Origin: an uncultured Verrucomicrobiae bacterium
GTDB lineage: Bacteria; Verrucomicrobiota; Verrucomicrobiia; Chthoniobacterales; UBA10450
Length of the DNA stretch: 64,000 nucleotides
Assembly: GCA_963815455.1 (NCBI GenBank)
Contig: CAWFGO010000001.1
Span: 928,001 to 992,000, forward strand
Direction of reading: 5' to 3'
Positions 8,710 to 19,381 of this stretch are shown piece by piece. Every line of letters begins with the position of its first letter. Position 1 is the stretch's first letter. The notes beneath the pieces are model-generated. The model did no database searches. It was not told the origin of the DNA and saw only the letters and a program-made list of their open reading frames with translations. A program made the position numbers and the translations under genes.

Positions 8710-10696
8710 CGTATTTGGTCAGCAACGCTTGAAACCGTGGATCGTTTCGCAGCGGGTCCCACGCCGGACTCAGTTTCAGAGTCGGCACGGTTACTTCACT
8801 TGGGCGGTTTAACAGGCCATCCAAAATTGCGATTGCTTGATCGTTATCGCCGAGAATTGTATGAATCTCGGCCACTTGCGCGGTGATTTGGGGGCCTTGG
8901 AATGCGTCTTTGCTTTCCGGCCGCAGCTGCGTCGCACGTTCTGCCTCGGCCAGGGCGGCGTCCTTTTCGCCAAGCCAGGCATGGACTCTGGCCAATTGAA
9001 TGTGCCACTCGGGCTCGTCGGGTTTCTGTTTCAGTTGCTCCTCACAAATGTTCTTTGCTTTCAAAAATTCTGCCCGCGCCTTGGTCTCCTGGTTTAGCCC
9101 TTTTTGGGCGAGGCCGATGGCAAAGTATTTCAGCGCGATCGATCCTGGGATCGTCGCAAAAAGATCATCGGGACAGTTTTCCGCCAGCTCCAGCACTTCC
9201 TTGTATTTGCGTTGGAGAAGCAGAAAATCCACTTGTCCGCCGGTGATCTTGAGCTTTTCTTCTTTGCTCATCGGAATTGATTTCGCCTTTTCCAGCGCCT
9301 TTTCCGCGACGCTAAGATCTCCTTTCTCGCTGATGGCGAGTTTGGCCTTGATTTCCCAAAGGCCCAGGCTCTGGGGCTTCAACTTGAGGGCGCGATCGAC
9401 CGTTTTATTTGCTGCATCGAAATTTCGATGCATGGCGTAATTGAAAACGAGATTTTGCAAGACCCATGTATCATTTGGGTTCAAAGCCGCGGCCTTTTCC
9501 AGATTGGCAGTCGATTCCGCCCATTTCCCCTGGCGACGCTGGATGGCGCCGATGGCAAGATAAGCTTCTGCATCGTTAGGCAAGCCACGCTGAGCGGTTT
9601 GAAATTCGCTCAGGGCGGCGTCGTAATTGTTGTCGCCATAATAGTAGAAGAATCCCAGCGCGAGATGCGCTTCAGAGAGATCGGGCTGAAGCTCGAGTGC
9701 GCGCTGGGCCATCGTCCGCGCTTTCTCGCGGCGTTCCGGCGTCCGATCATAACTGTGGATAATCCAGCTTTCCAATTGCGAGCAGCGCGCCAGAGCGAGC
9801 GCGAAATTTGGATCGAGATCGATCGCTCGCGTGTATGCCTTTTCCGCCTGCTTCAGCTTGTCCAAGTCCTCCACAGCGCAGGAGAGATCGTGGCCTTGGA
9901 CAAAGGCGAGATAAGCCTCGTCGTTCTGGGTCGGTTTGAGCTCCATTTGCGCTTTTTCCGCGGGCGAAAGTCTGGCTTGCAACGCAGCGGCGATCTCTTT
10001 CGCGAGATCTGTCTGGATGGCGAACACATCCGTCACATCGCGGTCGTAATCGTTTGCCCACATATGCTCGTCGGTATTAGCGTCGATCAATTGCACGTTG
10101 ACGCGCACCCGGTTTCCAAACCGCCGGACGCTGCCCTCAAGAATGTTTGAAACACCGAGTGCTTTGCCGATGTCGCGAACGTTCGGCGCTTTGCCGCGGT
10201 ACTGCATTACCGAGGTGCGCGAGATCACTTTCAAGTCGCCGATCTTCGACAAATTCGTAAGAACATCGTCCTGGATGCCGTCAGCAAAGTAAGCGTTCTC
10301 CTTATCGTCGCTTAGATTTTCAAACGGCAGAACCGCAATCGACTTGTCGATCTTGTGGGCGGCGGCGCGCGGCAGAATGAAGAGCCCGGCCAGCGCCGAA
10401 ACGAGCACGCCCGCGCTAACGAGCAATATGACATTGCGACGCCGATGCGACGGCCCCGCCGCCGTGGGAGTTGTTTTGATTCCCTCAGGAGTGATATCGA
10501 ACGCCCAAGCCAAAATGAGCGCGATCGGAAAACCAAGCAGCAGTGCCGCAATGACCAGACGCAGCGACCAGTTCGGCAACTCCCACGCCGGAAACGCGGC
10601 CGAAGCGAGTTGAATAATGCCGCCCGCTGCGATGATATAAGCCACCGCAACCCGGTAGACTTTTCGCCGCTTCATTTCTTGGAGGAAACCGCTCAT
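8696..10696 (-). CDS. Membrane-anchored TolB-like/TPR protein
   Basis: FLQEMKRRKVYRV N-terminus, three TM segments, KSIAVLPFENLS, TPR repeats, WDPLRNDPRFQ end. Confidence 0.88.
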   Translation of the reverse strand: MSGFLQEMKRRKVYRVAVAYIIAAGGIIQLASAAFPAWELPNWSLRLVIAALLLGFPIALILAWAFDITPEGIKTTPTAAGPSHRRRNVILLVSAGVLVSALAGLFILPRAAAHKIDKSIAVLPFENLSDDKENAYFADGIQDDVLTNLSKIGDLKVISRTSVMQYRGKAPNVRDIGKALGVSNILEGSVRRFGNRVRVNVQLIDANTDEHMWANDYDRDVTDVFAIQTDLAKEIAAALQARLSPAEKAQMELKPTQNDEAYLAFVQGHDLSCAVEDLDKLKQAEKAYTRAIDLDPNFALALARCSQLESWIIHSYDRTPERREKARTMAQRALELQPDLSEAHLALGFFYYYGDNNYDAALSEFQTAQRGLPNDAEAYLAIGAIQRRQGKWAESTANLEKAAALNPNDTWVLQNLVFNYAMHRNFDAANKTVDRALKLKPQSLGLWEIKAKLAISEKGDLSVAEKALEKAKSIPMSKEEKLKITGGQVDFLLLQRKYKEVLELAENCPDDLFATIPGSIALKYFAIGLAQKGLNQETKARAEFLKAKNICEEQLKQKPDEPEWHIQLARVHAWLGEKDAALAEAERATQLRPESKDAFQGPQITAQVAEIHTILGDNDQAIAILDGLLNRPSEVTVPTLKLSPAWDPLRNDPRFQALLTKYGGKA

Positions 10697-10772
10697 ACAA
10701 AGAGATTTGGACTCGCAGACCGAATTATGCAACGGCAGGAATCAAATTAGACACGGCGGCCGCGGGCCGCGT

Positions 10773-11705
10773 TCACTTTACGCCCGTGGCGAACACTGTC
10801 TGAAAATGCGGGCTGTCTGGTTCTCGGGAAACCACGCTCACCTCGATCTGCCGAAAACCATTTTTCTCCAGGAACTGGTGCAACTGGACCTCGCTAAACC
10901 CCAGCCAGTGATCGGCGTATAGCTCGCGGGCTCGATCGAATCGATGGCTGAGAAGATCGAGAATCACCAGGCGGCCGCCACGTTTCAATATCCTGTGAGC
11001 CGAGGCGATGGCCCGTTCCGGATGAATGGCGTGATGCAACGCCTGACTCAAAATCGCCAGGTCGACACTGTTTTTCGTTATTGGCGGATCTTCGATGTCG
11101 CCCAGCCGATATTCCAGATTTTTGAATTCGTGCTTTTTCGCCAGCTTGGCCCCGAACTCGACCATCTTGGGCGAGTTATCGATGGCAATGACCTTTTTCG
11201 CGTTCTTCGCCAGCAATTGCGAGAGAGTTCCCTCGCCCGCGCCGAGATCGGCCACTGTGAGCGGCGGGAGCAGCGTAATCAGCGTGTGGGCCAGCGCTTT
11301 CCAGGAGCGGCCCGGGACATAACTGCGACCAAATTTCCCCGCCAGCTCGTCGAAGTACTCGCGCGCTTTGTCCTGACGCTTACGCAAAACGAGTTTCAGA
11401 CTCGTCCGATCGCGCGAAGCTTCCGGAATTTCTCGCGCCAGAATCCGCGTCAATTCAGCCACACGCGTGCGCCGCGCATCGTGTCCATTGTTCTTGGCGC
11501 CGTAATAGACGTTCTTGCCGGCCCGCCGATCAGTGACCACGCCGGAGCGCTTCAATTGGGCGAGATGACTGGAGATACGCGATTGGCCCATGCCGAGAAT
11601 TTCCTGCAGCTCGGCCACGGAAAGTTCTTCCTGTTCGAGCAGAAGCAGCAGTCGTAACCGGGTCGGGTCGGCCAGCAAACGCAAGAAATTAATGGTTGAC
11701 GCCAT
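10773..11705 (-). CDS. ArsR-HTH plus SAM-methyltransferase-fold regulator (SahR-like)
   Basis: LADPTRLRLL HTH, DLGAGEG motif I; divergent from metK-ahcY. Confidence 0.88.
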   Translation of the reverse strand: MASTINFLRLLADPTRLRLLLLLEQEELSVAELQEILGMGQSRISSHLAQLKRSGVVTDRRAGKNVYYGAKNNGHDARRTRVAELTRILAREIPEASRDRTSLKLVLRKRQDKAREYFDELAGKFGRSYVPGRSWKALAHTLITLLPPLTVADLGAGEGTLSQLLAKNAKKVIAIDNSPKMVEFGAKLAKKHEFKNLEYRLGDIEDPPITKNSVDLAILSQALHHAIHPERAIASAHRILKRGGRLVILDLLSHRFDRARELYADHWLGFSEVQLHQFLEKNGFRQIEVSVVSREPDSPHFQTVFATGVK

Positions 11706-11810
11706 GAAGGGACTAAACCATATATCGACGTATCATGATTGGTCAATATGTTGGCTAAGATTTGATTTCGGTTCCGTTTCACTCGTCACAAATCACCATC
11801 ACTTTCCTTT

Positions 11811-13013
11811 ATGTCCCGTCGTTATATTTTTTCCTCCGAGTCGGTTGGCGAAGGCCATCCCGACAAAGTTTGCGATACGATTTCCGATGCGGTGCTCGAT
11901 GCCTGCCTCGCGCAAGATCGACATAGCCGGGTCGCGTGCGAGACCTACGCCAAGTGCAACATCGTCATCGTGGGCGGTGAAATTACGATCCCGAGCCTGG
12001 CCGAGGACGCGCCGCTCGAAAGCGTTGTGCCGATTTCGGAGATCGTGCGCAACACCGTTCGCGAGATCGGCTATGTGAACGACGACGATGTGTTTCACGC
12101 CGATCGGATCGGCATCCAGAACATTCTCACCAAACAATCGCCTGATATCGCACAGGGCGTGGACGCGCGCGCAGCCGATGGAAAAGACACGGCCGAGCAA
12201 GGCGCAGGCGATCAAGGGCTGATGTTCGGATTCGCCTGCAATGAAACGCCGGAGCTAATGCCCGCGCCGATCATGTTTGCCCACCGACTCGGACGCGAGC
12301 TCACCCGCATTCGCAAGAGCGGAAAAGTCGGCTGGCTGCGGCCGGATGCGAAATCGCAGGTCTCAGTCATCTACGAGAACGACAAGGCAGTCGGCATCTC
12401 CTGCGTCGTGGTTTCCACCCAGCACTCCCGCGACGTGAAACATTCTGAGATTCGCAGCTTCGTCATCGAAGAGGTGATCAAAAAAGTTCTGCCGGCGGAG
12501 ATGTTGAGCGAGAGCACACAATTTCTCATCAATCCCACCGGCAATTTTGTCGTCGGCGGGCCACAGGGCGATACCGGCCTAACGGGTCGCAAGATTATCG
12601 TGGACAGTTACGGTGGCATGGGCCGCCACGGTGGCGGCGCGTTTTCGGGAAAAGATCCGAGCAAGGTAGATCGCAGCGCAGCCTACATGGCGCGCTGGGT
12701 GGCGAAAAATGTCGTGGCCGCGGGTCTGGCGTCGAAATGCGAAATCCAATTCGCCTACGCCATCGGCCATCCCAAACCGCTTAGCGTTCACATCAACACA
12801 TTTGGCACCCACACGGTCGATGAAGAAGCGATCGAGCGCGCTGTGCTCGCGACCTTCAGTTTCACCCCCGCCGACATCATCAAGCAGCTCGATTTGCTCC
12901 GCCCGATCTATTCAAAGACGACCAACTACGGACACTTCGGGAAGATCGATGATCCGGATATTACCTGGGAGAAAACCGACAAAGCCGCCGAACTGAAGAA
13001 AGCGGCAAAATAA
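11811..13013 (+). CDS. metK: S-adenosylmethionine synthetase
   Basis: GEGHPDK, GAGDQG and GGGAFSGKD motifs. Confidence 0.99.
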   Translation: MSRRYIFSSESVGEGHPDKVCDTISDAVLDACLAQDRHSRVACETYAKCNIVIVGGEITIPSLAEDAPLESVVPISEIVRNTVREIGYVNDDDVFHADRIGIQNILTKQSPDIAQGVDARAADGKDTAEQGAGDQGLMFGFACNETPELMPAPIMFAHRLGRELTRIRKSGKVGWLRPDAKSQVSVIYENDKAVGISCVVVSTQHSRDVKHSEIRSFVIEEVIKKVLPAEMLSESTQFLINPTGNFVVGGPQGDTGLTGRKIIVDSYGGMGRHGGGAFSGKDPSKVDRSAAYMARWVAKNVVAAGLASKCEIQFAYAIGHPKPLSVHINTFGTHTVDEEAIERAVLATFSFTPADIIKQLDLLRPIYSKTTNYGHFGKIDDPDITWEKTDKAAELKKAAK

Positions 13014-13017
13014 ATTT

Positions 13018-14451
13018 ATGAGCATGACAACTACCGAACCCAAAACGAAACAGGATTATAAGGTCGCCGATATTTCTTTGGCGGACTTCGGTCGCAAAGA
13101 AATTTCCATCGCGGAGAAGGAAATGCCGGGATTGATGGCGATCCGCGAGAAATATGCGCCGCAGAAGCCGCTGGCGGGCGTGCGGATCACCGGATCGCTG
13201 CACATGACGATCCAAACCGCGGTGTTGATCGAGACGCTTGTCGATCTTGGCGCGAGCGTGCGCTGGGCTTCGTGCAATATTTTCTCGACCCAGGATCATG
13301 CCGCAGCGGCGATTGCCAAGACGGGCGTTTCCGTTTTCGCGTGGAAGGGTGAATCGCTCGAAGAATACTGGTGGTGCACTTACCAGGCGCTTTCGCATCC
13401 GGACGGCAAAGGTCCGCAGCTGATTGTCGATGATGGCGGCGACGCCACGCTGCTGATTCACAAGGGCTACGAGCTTGAAGAGGGCAGCGATTGGGCCAAG
13501 TCTAAATCGGCCAACAAAGAAGAGCAGGTCATCAAGGATCTGCTGCTCGATATTCAGCGGGAGAACCCGTATCGGTGGCATGAGATCGTGAAGGATTGGC
13601 AGGGCGTTTCCGAGGAAACGACTACGGGCGTGCATCGTCTTTACAAGATGCATCAGGAAAACAAACTGCTCGTTCCCGCGATCAACGTGAACGATTCCGT
13701 TACCAAATCGAAGTTCGACAATCTTTACGGCTGCCGGCATTCGCTGGTCGATGGATTGAATCGCGCGCTCGACGTCATGATCGCCGGCAAAGTTGCGGTC
13801 GTGTGCGGTTACGGCGACGTCGGCAAAGGCTGCGCTCAATCATTGCGCGGCCAGGGCGCACGGGTCGTGATCACCGAGATCGATCCGATCAACGCGCTGC
13901 AAGCCGCCATGGAAGGCTACGAAGTCACGCCCATCGAAAACACACTAGGCCGCGGCGACATTTACATCAGCGCGACAGGCAACACCGACGTCATTACGCT
14001 GGCGCACATGGACAAAATGAAAGATCAGGCTGTCGTTGGCAACATCGGCCACTTCGATAACGAGATCCAGGTCGACGCGCTTAACAACGCCAATGGCGTT
14101 AAGCGAACGAATATCAAGGCGCAGGTCGACAAATACACATTTCCAGACGGCCACGAAATTTTCCTGCTGTCGGAAGGTCGGCTGTTAAATCTCGGCAACG
14201 CCACCGGTCACCCGAGCTTCGTGATGTCCAACTCATTTTCCAATCAAGTGCTGGCCCAGCTCGACCTCTGGAAAAACCGGGACGCCTACAAAGTAGGCGT
14301 CTACGTTTTGTCCAAAGCGCTCGACGAAGAAGTCGCCCGCCTTCACTTGGAAAAGATCGGGGTTAAACTTACCAAGCTCACGAAACTGCAAGCCGATTAT
14401 CTCGGCGTGCCGGTCGAAGGGCCGTATAAGTCCGAGCATTACCGCTATTAA
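13018..14451 (+). CDS. ahcY: Adenosylhomocysteinase
   Basis: [21 protein letters not shown] and GYGDVGKG motifs. Confidence 0.99.
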   Translation: MSMTTTEPKTKQDYKVADISLADFGRKEISIAEKEMPGLMAIREKYAPQKPLAGVRITGSLHMTIQTAVLIETLVDLGASVRWASCNIFSTQDHAAAAIAKTGVSVFAWKGESLEEYWWCTYQALSHPDGKGPQLIVDDGGDATLLIHKGYELEEGSDWAKSKSANKEEQVIKDLLLDIQRENPYRWHEIVKDWQGVSEETTTGVHRLYKMHQENKLLVPAINVNDSVTKSKFDNLYGCRHSLVDGLNRALDVMIAGKVAVVCGYGDVGKGCAQSLRGQGARVVITEIDPINALQAAMEGYEVTPIENTLGRGDIYISATGNTDVITLAHMDKMKDQAVVGNIGHFDNEIQVDALNNANGVKRTNIKAQVDKYTFPDGHEIFLLSEGRLLNLGNATGHPSFVMSNSFSNQVLAQLDLWKNRDAYKVGVYVLSKALDEEVARLHLEKIGVKLTKLTKLQADYLGVPVEGPYKSEHYRY

Positions 14452-14467
14452 CGCCAGCGGCGGTCTC

Positions 14468-15214
14468 TCAGAGTTTGCTGAGCTTTGGCTTGTGCAGTTT
14501 CACTGGCACGGCTCGCAGCTTTCTTAGCTTGAGATTAAGCATCTCCACGAACACGGCAAAGCCCATCGAGAAATAGGTGTACCCTTTCGGAATGTGAAAG
14601 CCGACGCCGTCGGCGATCAGATTCACACCGATCAACAAAAGAAAGCTGAGCGCCAGCATTTTGATCGTGGGATGGCGCTCAACAAATCTGCTGATTGGTC
14701 CGGCGAAGAACATCATCGCCACCACGGCCAGGACCACGGCGGCGATCATGATTTCGAGCTGGTCGACCATCCCGACCGCAGTGATGACGGAATCGAGCGA
14801 GAAGACGATATCGAGCAGGCCGATCTGCACCAGCACCGATGTCAGGGATGGGACCACGCGAACTCGACGCTCCTCATCTTCTCCCTCAAGGTTGTTGTGA
14901 ATTTCGTGCGTGCTTTTCGCCAGCAGAAACAGACCGCCAGAAATCAAGATCAGCGCGCGGCCAGTCACTTCGAATCCGCCGACCACGAGCAACGGCCGGG
15001 TCAAATCCATGATCCAAGTCAGCGAAAGAAGAAGCAGCACCCGCATCACCATCGCCAGAGCAAGACCGGCGCGACGGGCGCTGGCCTGCCGGTGGGCCGG
15101 CAATCGGCCGGAAAGGATCGAAATAAAGATGATGTTGTCGATCCCGAGGACGATCTCGAGCACGGTCAGGGTGAGCAGACCGATCCAAATATGCGGGTCA
15201 AATAGCCATTCCAT
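14468..15214 (-). CDS. TerC family membrane protein
   Basis: LEIVLGIDN and DIVFSLDSVITAVG motifs. Confidence 0.95.
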   Translation of the reverse strand: MEWLFDPHIWIGLLTLTVLEIVLGIDNIIFISILSGRLPAHRQASARRAGLALAMVMRVLLLLSLTWIMDLTRPLLVVGGFEVTGRALILISGGLFLLAKSTHEIHNNLEGEDEERRVRVVPSLTSVLVQIGLLDIVFSLDSVITAVGMVDQLEIMIAAVVLAVVAMMFFAGPISRFVERHPTIKMLALSFLLLIGVNLIADGVGFHIPKGYTYFSMGFAVFVEMLNLKLRKLRAVPVKLHKPKLSKL

Positions 15215-15330
15215 ATTTTATCCTCTCCAGGTTGAACAAATGCGGAGTGCAAGGCTAGCCGAGGCCGGGCAATTCGCACGCGCGAGACGGATAGAATCTC
15301 AGTTCAAAGCCGGGCGGAAAAATGACCTGG

Positions 15331-15702
15331 TCAGAACACTACCGCTATTGAAAGCGGCTCCACCCTGGTCACGCTGACGTAATCGCAATCGCCGTCGGGG
15401 TCGCGCTTCCAATTACCCCAGATCCGGATGCGTCGCTTGCGACCGGCGGCGTCGGTCAGCAGTCTGCTTTCGCGCATCGGCGCGCCGAGCCAGATCGTTG
15501 AAATTTTTCCCGTGCTGTGAAAATCGAACATGATTGGCGAAGCACAGGGCTGACCCTGGTGCAGCGTAACTTTCCCGACGCTGGCAAAACGCGCACCAGC
15601 TTCCGGCGCTTTCGACGGCGCGACGATTCGCGACGGTTGCGCGCAACTGGCGAGCGTTATGGCAACGAACGCAATCGCACAGAAGCGAAAACTTGATTTC
15701 AT
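15331..15702 (-). CDS. Hypothetical lipoprotein
   Basis: MKSSFR..ITLASC lipobox-type signal (TTG start). Confidence 0.6.
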   Translation of the reverse strand: MKSSFRFCAIAFVAITLASCAQPSRIVAPSKAPEAGARFASVGKVTLHQGQPCASPIMFDFHSTGKISTIWLGAPMRESRLLTDAAGRKRRIRIWGNWKRDPDGDCDYVSVTRVEPLSIAVVF

Positions 15703-15746
15703 TTCTCGGCTTGAATCTTCTCGGTCGGTCGAGACGCGTTCGGCAA

Positions 15747-16409
15747 TCAGCTCAGCGTCAGCGTAACCGCGTCGCTCATCTGACCGATCTCGTGACCCTC
15801 CTTAATGGCGCGGGCGGTGTAAGTGAGCTCGCCCGGTTTTCCAGGCGCAATGTCGATGGCCGGTGTGCGCATAAAGAAACCGATTTTTTGCGGCTCGCGG
15901 TCGCCTTTGCGCTGACGATACAGGTTGATGCCCGAGACTTTGCCGCCGGCTTTACGAAATGGAATCGTCACGGTGGGGCCGGTTTGACGCGGCCGGCCCA
16001 GTTCCGCCTTGTAACTTTTTTCATCGAGCGCCGTTACGCCAATGTGAAGTTGTTGGCGGACGGCCTCATTGTAATTCGCGTGGCGTTTGATCCGTTCCAC
16101 CCGGGCCTGCCGGCGAGTATCGATGCCGGGCCGCACCGCTGGCGGCGCGTCGGGTCCGCCCGGAAGATCGACATACTTGCTGGACGTCTGGCCTTCGAGA
16201 ACGGCGAATGCCGGATGGTCGGCTTGGGTTTCCATTTCGGGACCAAGCGTGGTCAGCAGATAAGCGGCGTACTTGGAATCATTCACCGCGCTATCGATTT
16301 CCGGCGGCGTGAAATCGAGCTTTTCTCCGACTTTGGGAAATTCAGCCGCAAAATTGTTGTGCCAATCAATTTGGCCGGCACGATTTGTTGGGAGGTAAGA
16401 CTTGCTCAT
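15747..16409 (-). CDS. Hypothetical protein (helical N-domain, beta-rich C-domain)
   Basis: Protein-like sequence from MSKSYLP; the upstream part of the long ORF overlaps an opposite-strand gene and was trimmed. Confidence 0.65.
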   Translation of the reverse strand: MSKSYLPTNRAGQIDWHNNFAAEFPKVGEKLDFTPPEIDSAVNDSKYAAYLLTTLGPEMETQADHPAFAVLEGQTSSKYVDLPGGPDAPPAVRPGIDTRRQARVERIKRHANYNEAVRQQLHIGVTALDEKSYKAELGRPRQTGPTVTIPFRKAGGKVSGINLYRQRKGDREPQKIGFFMRTPAIDIAPGKPGELTYTARAIKEGHEIGQMSDAVTLTLS

Positions 16410-16517
16410 GCGTGAAAGCGGGTCGGGATAATGCCAACCCAATACTGACGGGTCAAGCTGATCCGCATAAACTTTTGGCACGCTCCAAGCTTTGAAATTC
16501 TTTATATCTCCTTGCCC

Positions 16518-16874
16518 ATGAAGCTTTTTCGAAGAACCGAAAAGCCGCAGCAGCCCGCTGACAACCCTCCTGTACCGACCCCGGCGACCTCGCACCGGGC
16601 CCCGCCTCATCGCCCGGCTCCCAAAGCAATCTCGCTGAGTGCCGAGCAGAAAAGCATCCTGGCAAAACCGGTCGATCCGCGGGTGAACCGAATCCTGCAA
16701 AACATCTATGCAGACAAAGCCGCGGCAGAACGGGCTCTCAACGCCCAACGCGTTATTGACTTTCCCCGCGGAACCACAGGCAAGCCGCATGTCGTTCAGG
16801 AAAGCGACGGATTTTGGCGCATCGTGCCTGGCTCCGCGCCGGTTGAGCCTGTTAGTATGATGGATGCGCTGTAA
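16518..16874 (+). CDS. Hypothetical protein
   Basis: Fills the gap between flanking genes; Pro-rich N-terminus, plausible composition. Confidence 0.5.
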   Translation: MKLFRRTEKPQQPADNPPVPTPATSHRAPPHRPAPKAISLSAEQKSILAKPVDPRVNRILQNIYADKAAAERALNAQRVIDFPRGTTGKPHVVQESDGFWRIVPGSAPVEPVSMMDAL

Positions 16875-16917
16875 GCGATTCCGATCATTCCCAGCACAGC
16901 GAAGATCTCGACTTCGT

Positions 16918-17424
16918 TCAGGAACGAGCGATTTTCCGGACAAGATAGGCCGAAAAATAGCCGGCGAAACGTTTTTGCAATTCCGGGCGCTGCCAATCCT
17001 TGCCCTTCAGAATTTTGCGGCAATTCGGGGCGCCACATTTGCATTCTATCGAATAATCGTCGTCATCGGTCATGGCCCAATCGTGAGTGAGCTCTTCCCC
17101 CGGCTTAATGTCGCGCATGGCCACAAACGTGATCTCACCGCGCAGGCCGAGGTTTGGATCGCACGAATGATTTGTGTACAACATGGACAACTCGCGCTCT
17201 TCCTCCGCGACGGGCGCGATAAACAAATTGTCGTCGATTTGAATTTCGACTGGCCCCAGCCGCGGCGTGATCTCGCGCCGCAAGGTCTCGCCGTCGACGA
17301 TATGTCCGCCTTTCACCGCCACGATTTCGCCCTTGTCGATCGTGGCTACGGCAAATAATCCGCGCCCGTGGATTTTGCTCTCGCGCACTTCCGTTTTGGG
17401 CGAGCGATAGGAAAAGGGCATCAT
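16918..17424 (-). CDS. SET domain protein (lysine methyltransferase fold)
   Basis: IHGRGLFA, NHSCDPN, GEELT and post-SET CKCGAPNCR. Confidence 0.93.
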   Translation of the reverse strand: MMPFSYRSPKTEVRESKIHGRGLFAVATIDKGEIVAVKGGHIVDGETLRREITPRLGPVEIQIDDNLFIAPVAEEERELSMLYTNHSCDPNLGLRGEITFVAMRDIKPGEELTHDWAMTDDDDYSIECKCGAPNCRKILKGKDWQRPELQKRFAGYFSAYLVRKIARS

Positions 17425-17515
17425 GGAAAGAAGGCACGAGTGACAAGTAACCAGTGCCGGGTAAAGATAGCAGCGATCTCACGCTAATCATTGGTCACTC
17501 GTCACTAATTTTCCG

Positions 17516-18817
17516 ATGAAACATCGCCAGGCGGCTCTCATTTTTATTCTCGTCACGGTCACGCTCGACATCCTGGCGATGGGCTTGATCATTCCCGTGC
17601 TGCCGAAACTCATTCTCGATTTTCTCGGCGGCCAGATGACGGACGCGGCGAAATGGAGCGCCCGGTTCGCCGTCGTTTTCGCTCTGATGCAATTTTTCTG
17701 TTCGCCGCTGCTCGGCGTGTTGTCAGATCGCTTTGGCCGACGTCCAATCATTCTGCTCTCCAACCTCGGTCTCGGACTGGATTACATCGTGATGGCATTG
17801 GCGCCGACTCTTAGCTGGCTTTTTCTCGGGCGAATCATTTCCGGTATCACCACTTCCAGCATTCCCACCGCGATGGCCTACATCTCCGATGTCACACCAA
17901 GAGAGAAACGCGCCGGAGCTTTTGGCATGATTGGAGTTGCTTTCGGAATCGGATTTACTTTTGGCCCGGGCATTGGCGGCTTGTTGGGCAACGTCAATCC
18001 ACGCCTCGCTTTCTGGGTCGCGGCCGGACTTAGCCTGGCCAACTGGCTTTGGGGTTATTTTTTCGTTCCGGAATCGCTCGCCCTCGAGCAACGCAAGACG
18101 TTCGAGTTGCGCCGGGCCAACCCGGTCGGCTCGCTCAAGCTGCTCCGCTCGCATCCCGAACTTTGGCGGCTGACCACGATTCAGTTCCTCGCCTATATCT
18201 CACACAACGTCTTCAGTGTTTGGGCGCTCTACGCCATTTATCGTTACGACTGGAGCCAGGGAATGATCGGGATCTCGCTCATGATCGTCGGAATTGTCAC
18301 GGCCATCATTTCCGGGGGATTAACGGGGCGAATGGTCAAACGGTTCGGCGAAAAACGAACGCTCTACATCGGGCAGTTTTTCGGCTCTTCCGGCATGTTC
18401 GTTGCCGGGCTCGCCAGGACCGGTTCCTGGCTACTGGCGTCCATCCCGATCATTTCTCTTTGGAACATCTCAATGCCGGCCGCCCAAAGCATGATGACGC
18501 ATCGGGTAAGCGCGCGCGAGCAGGGCGAGTTGCAAGGCGCGCTCCAAAGCATGCGCTCCATCACGTTCATTGTCGGTCCGTTCTTGTTCCTGCGAATTTT
18601 TGGCTGGTTTATCGATCCAAAACGCTCGATCCACTTGCCGGGCGCGCCCTATTTCCTCGCCGGCGCGCTTCTATTCATTGCGATGTTAATGGCTACGCGG
18701 GTCGAGCAACCGCAGATCGTACCAGCATCGACCAGCGAGATTCCCGATGTCGTGCCGCCGGAAAGCGTTCCTTCGGGACCGATTGCGCCCATCATCGATC
18801 AAGAAGAAAAAATTTGA
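17516..18817 (+). CDS. MFS transporter, TetA/DHA1-like
   Basis: GVLSDRFGRRP motif A, about 12 TM segments, QGELQG. Confidence 0.93.
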   Translation: MKHRQAALIFILVTVTLDILAMGLIIPVLPKLILDFLGGQMTDAAKWSARFAVVFALMQFFCSPLLGVLSDRFGRRPIILLSNLGLGLDYIVMALAPTLSWLFLGRIISGITTSSIPTAMAYISDVTPREKRAGAFGMIGVAFGIGFTFGPGIGGLLGNVNPRLAFWVAAGLSLANWLWGYFFVPESLALEQRKTFELRRANPVGSLKLLRSHPELWRLTTIQFLAYISHNVFSVWALYAIYRYDWSQGMIGISLMIVGIVTAIISGGLTGRMVKRFGEKRTLYIGQFFGSSGMFVAGLARTGSWLLASIPIISLWNISMPAAQSMMTHRVSAREQGELQGALQSMRSITFIVGPFLFLRIFGWFIDPKRSIHLPGAPYFLAGALLFIAMLMATRVEQPQIVPASTSEIPDVVPPESVPSGPIAPIIDQEEKI

Positions 18818-18849
18818 GACTTGGCCGCGGCTCGACGATTGAAGTCGGC

Positions 18850-19254
18850 GTGAGAGCTTCTGTGCGCGGCGTGATTGTCTCGCTTGCGATCTTCTCCTGG
18901 ATCGCAATTTCCAATCATTGCGCCTTGAGCGCGATTGCAGCCGCAACTGGCCCGGCACAAGGCGAATGTCCGTTTCATTCCAAACCGGCCAAGCCCAAGA
19001 GCAATTCCGCAAGTGTGCAGTGTTGCAAAGTCTTGCGCGCGACGGTCGCACCTGGCGACAAAAATTGGGCACGCGACGACGCCCATTTCTCCGATGTCGA
19101 TCTTGCGACAGACAGGTTTTTCGCCTTACCGGACTCGCGTTTCGCGGCGCCGCTATCGCTCGATACCGGACCACCCGGTGCGCCCTCGTTCGCTGAATTG
19201 ATTTTGCAGCGGAGCCTTCTCGTTCACGCTCCGCCGGTTTCCAGTCTGGTGTAG
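18850..19254 (+). CDS. Cys/His-containing exported leader-like protein ending ..HAPPVSSLV
   Basis: GTG start, hydrophobic N-terminus, NHC, CPFH, CCK, TGPP and HAPP. Confidence 0.6.
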   Translation: MRASVRGVIVSLAIFSWIAISNHCALSAIAAATGPAQGECPFHSKPAKPKSNSASVQCCKVLRATVAPGDKNWARDDAHFSDVDLATDRFFALPDSRFAAPLSLDTGPPGAPSFAELILQRSLLVHAPPVSSLV

Positions 19255-19381
19255 AGACGGGCGTGCCGCCCGCTTTGTACGGAATGCGGCTGACACAGCC
19301 GCCACTACACCCAGCAATTCCAGCCACTTCGGGCCAGACGTGTGCCCGACGAAATCAAATTTAACCTAACTAATTTCAAAA

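Noticed and set aside
11706..11810. SAM or SAH riboswitch upstream of metK
   Set aside because: The spacer is short and AT-rich with no recognisable aptamer; a protein regulator explains the layout better
17438..17506. GTGAC/GTCAC heptamer-like short repeats between the SET and MFS genes
   Set aside because: There are only two degenerate units per side, too weak to call beyond a loose inverted repeat
17516..18817. Acquired tetracycline resistance gene
   Set aside because: It is a generic chromosomal TetA-like MFS with no tetR or mobile context
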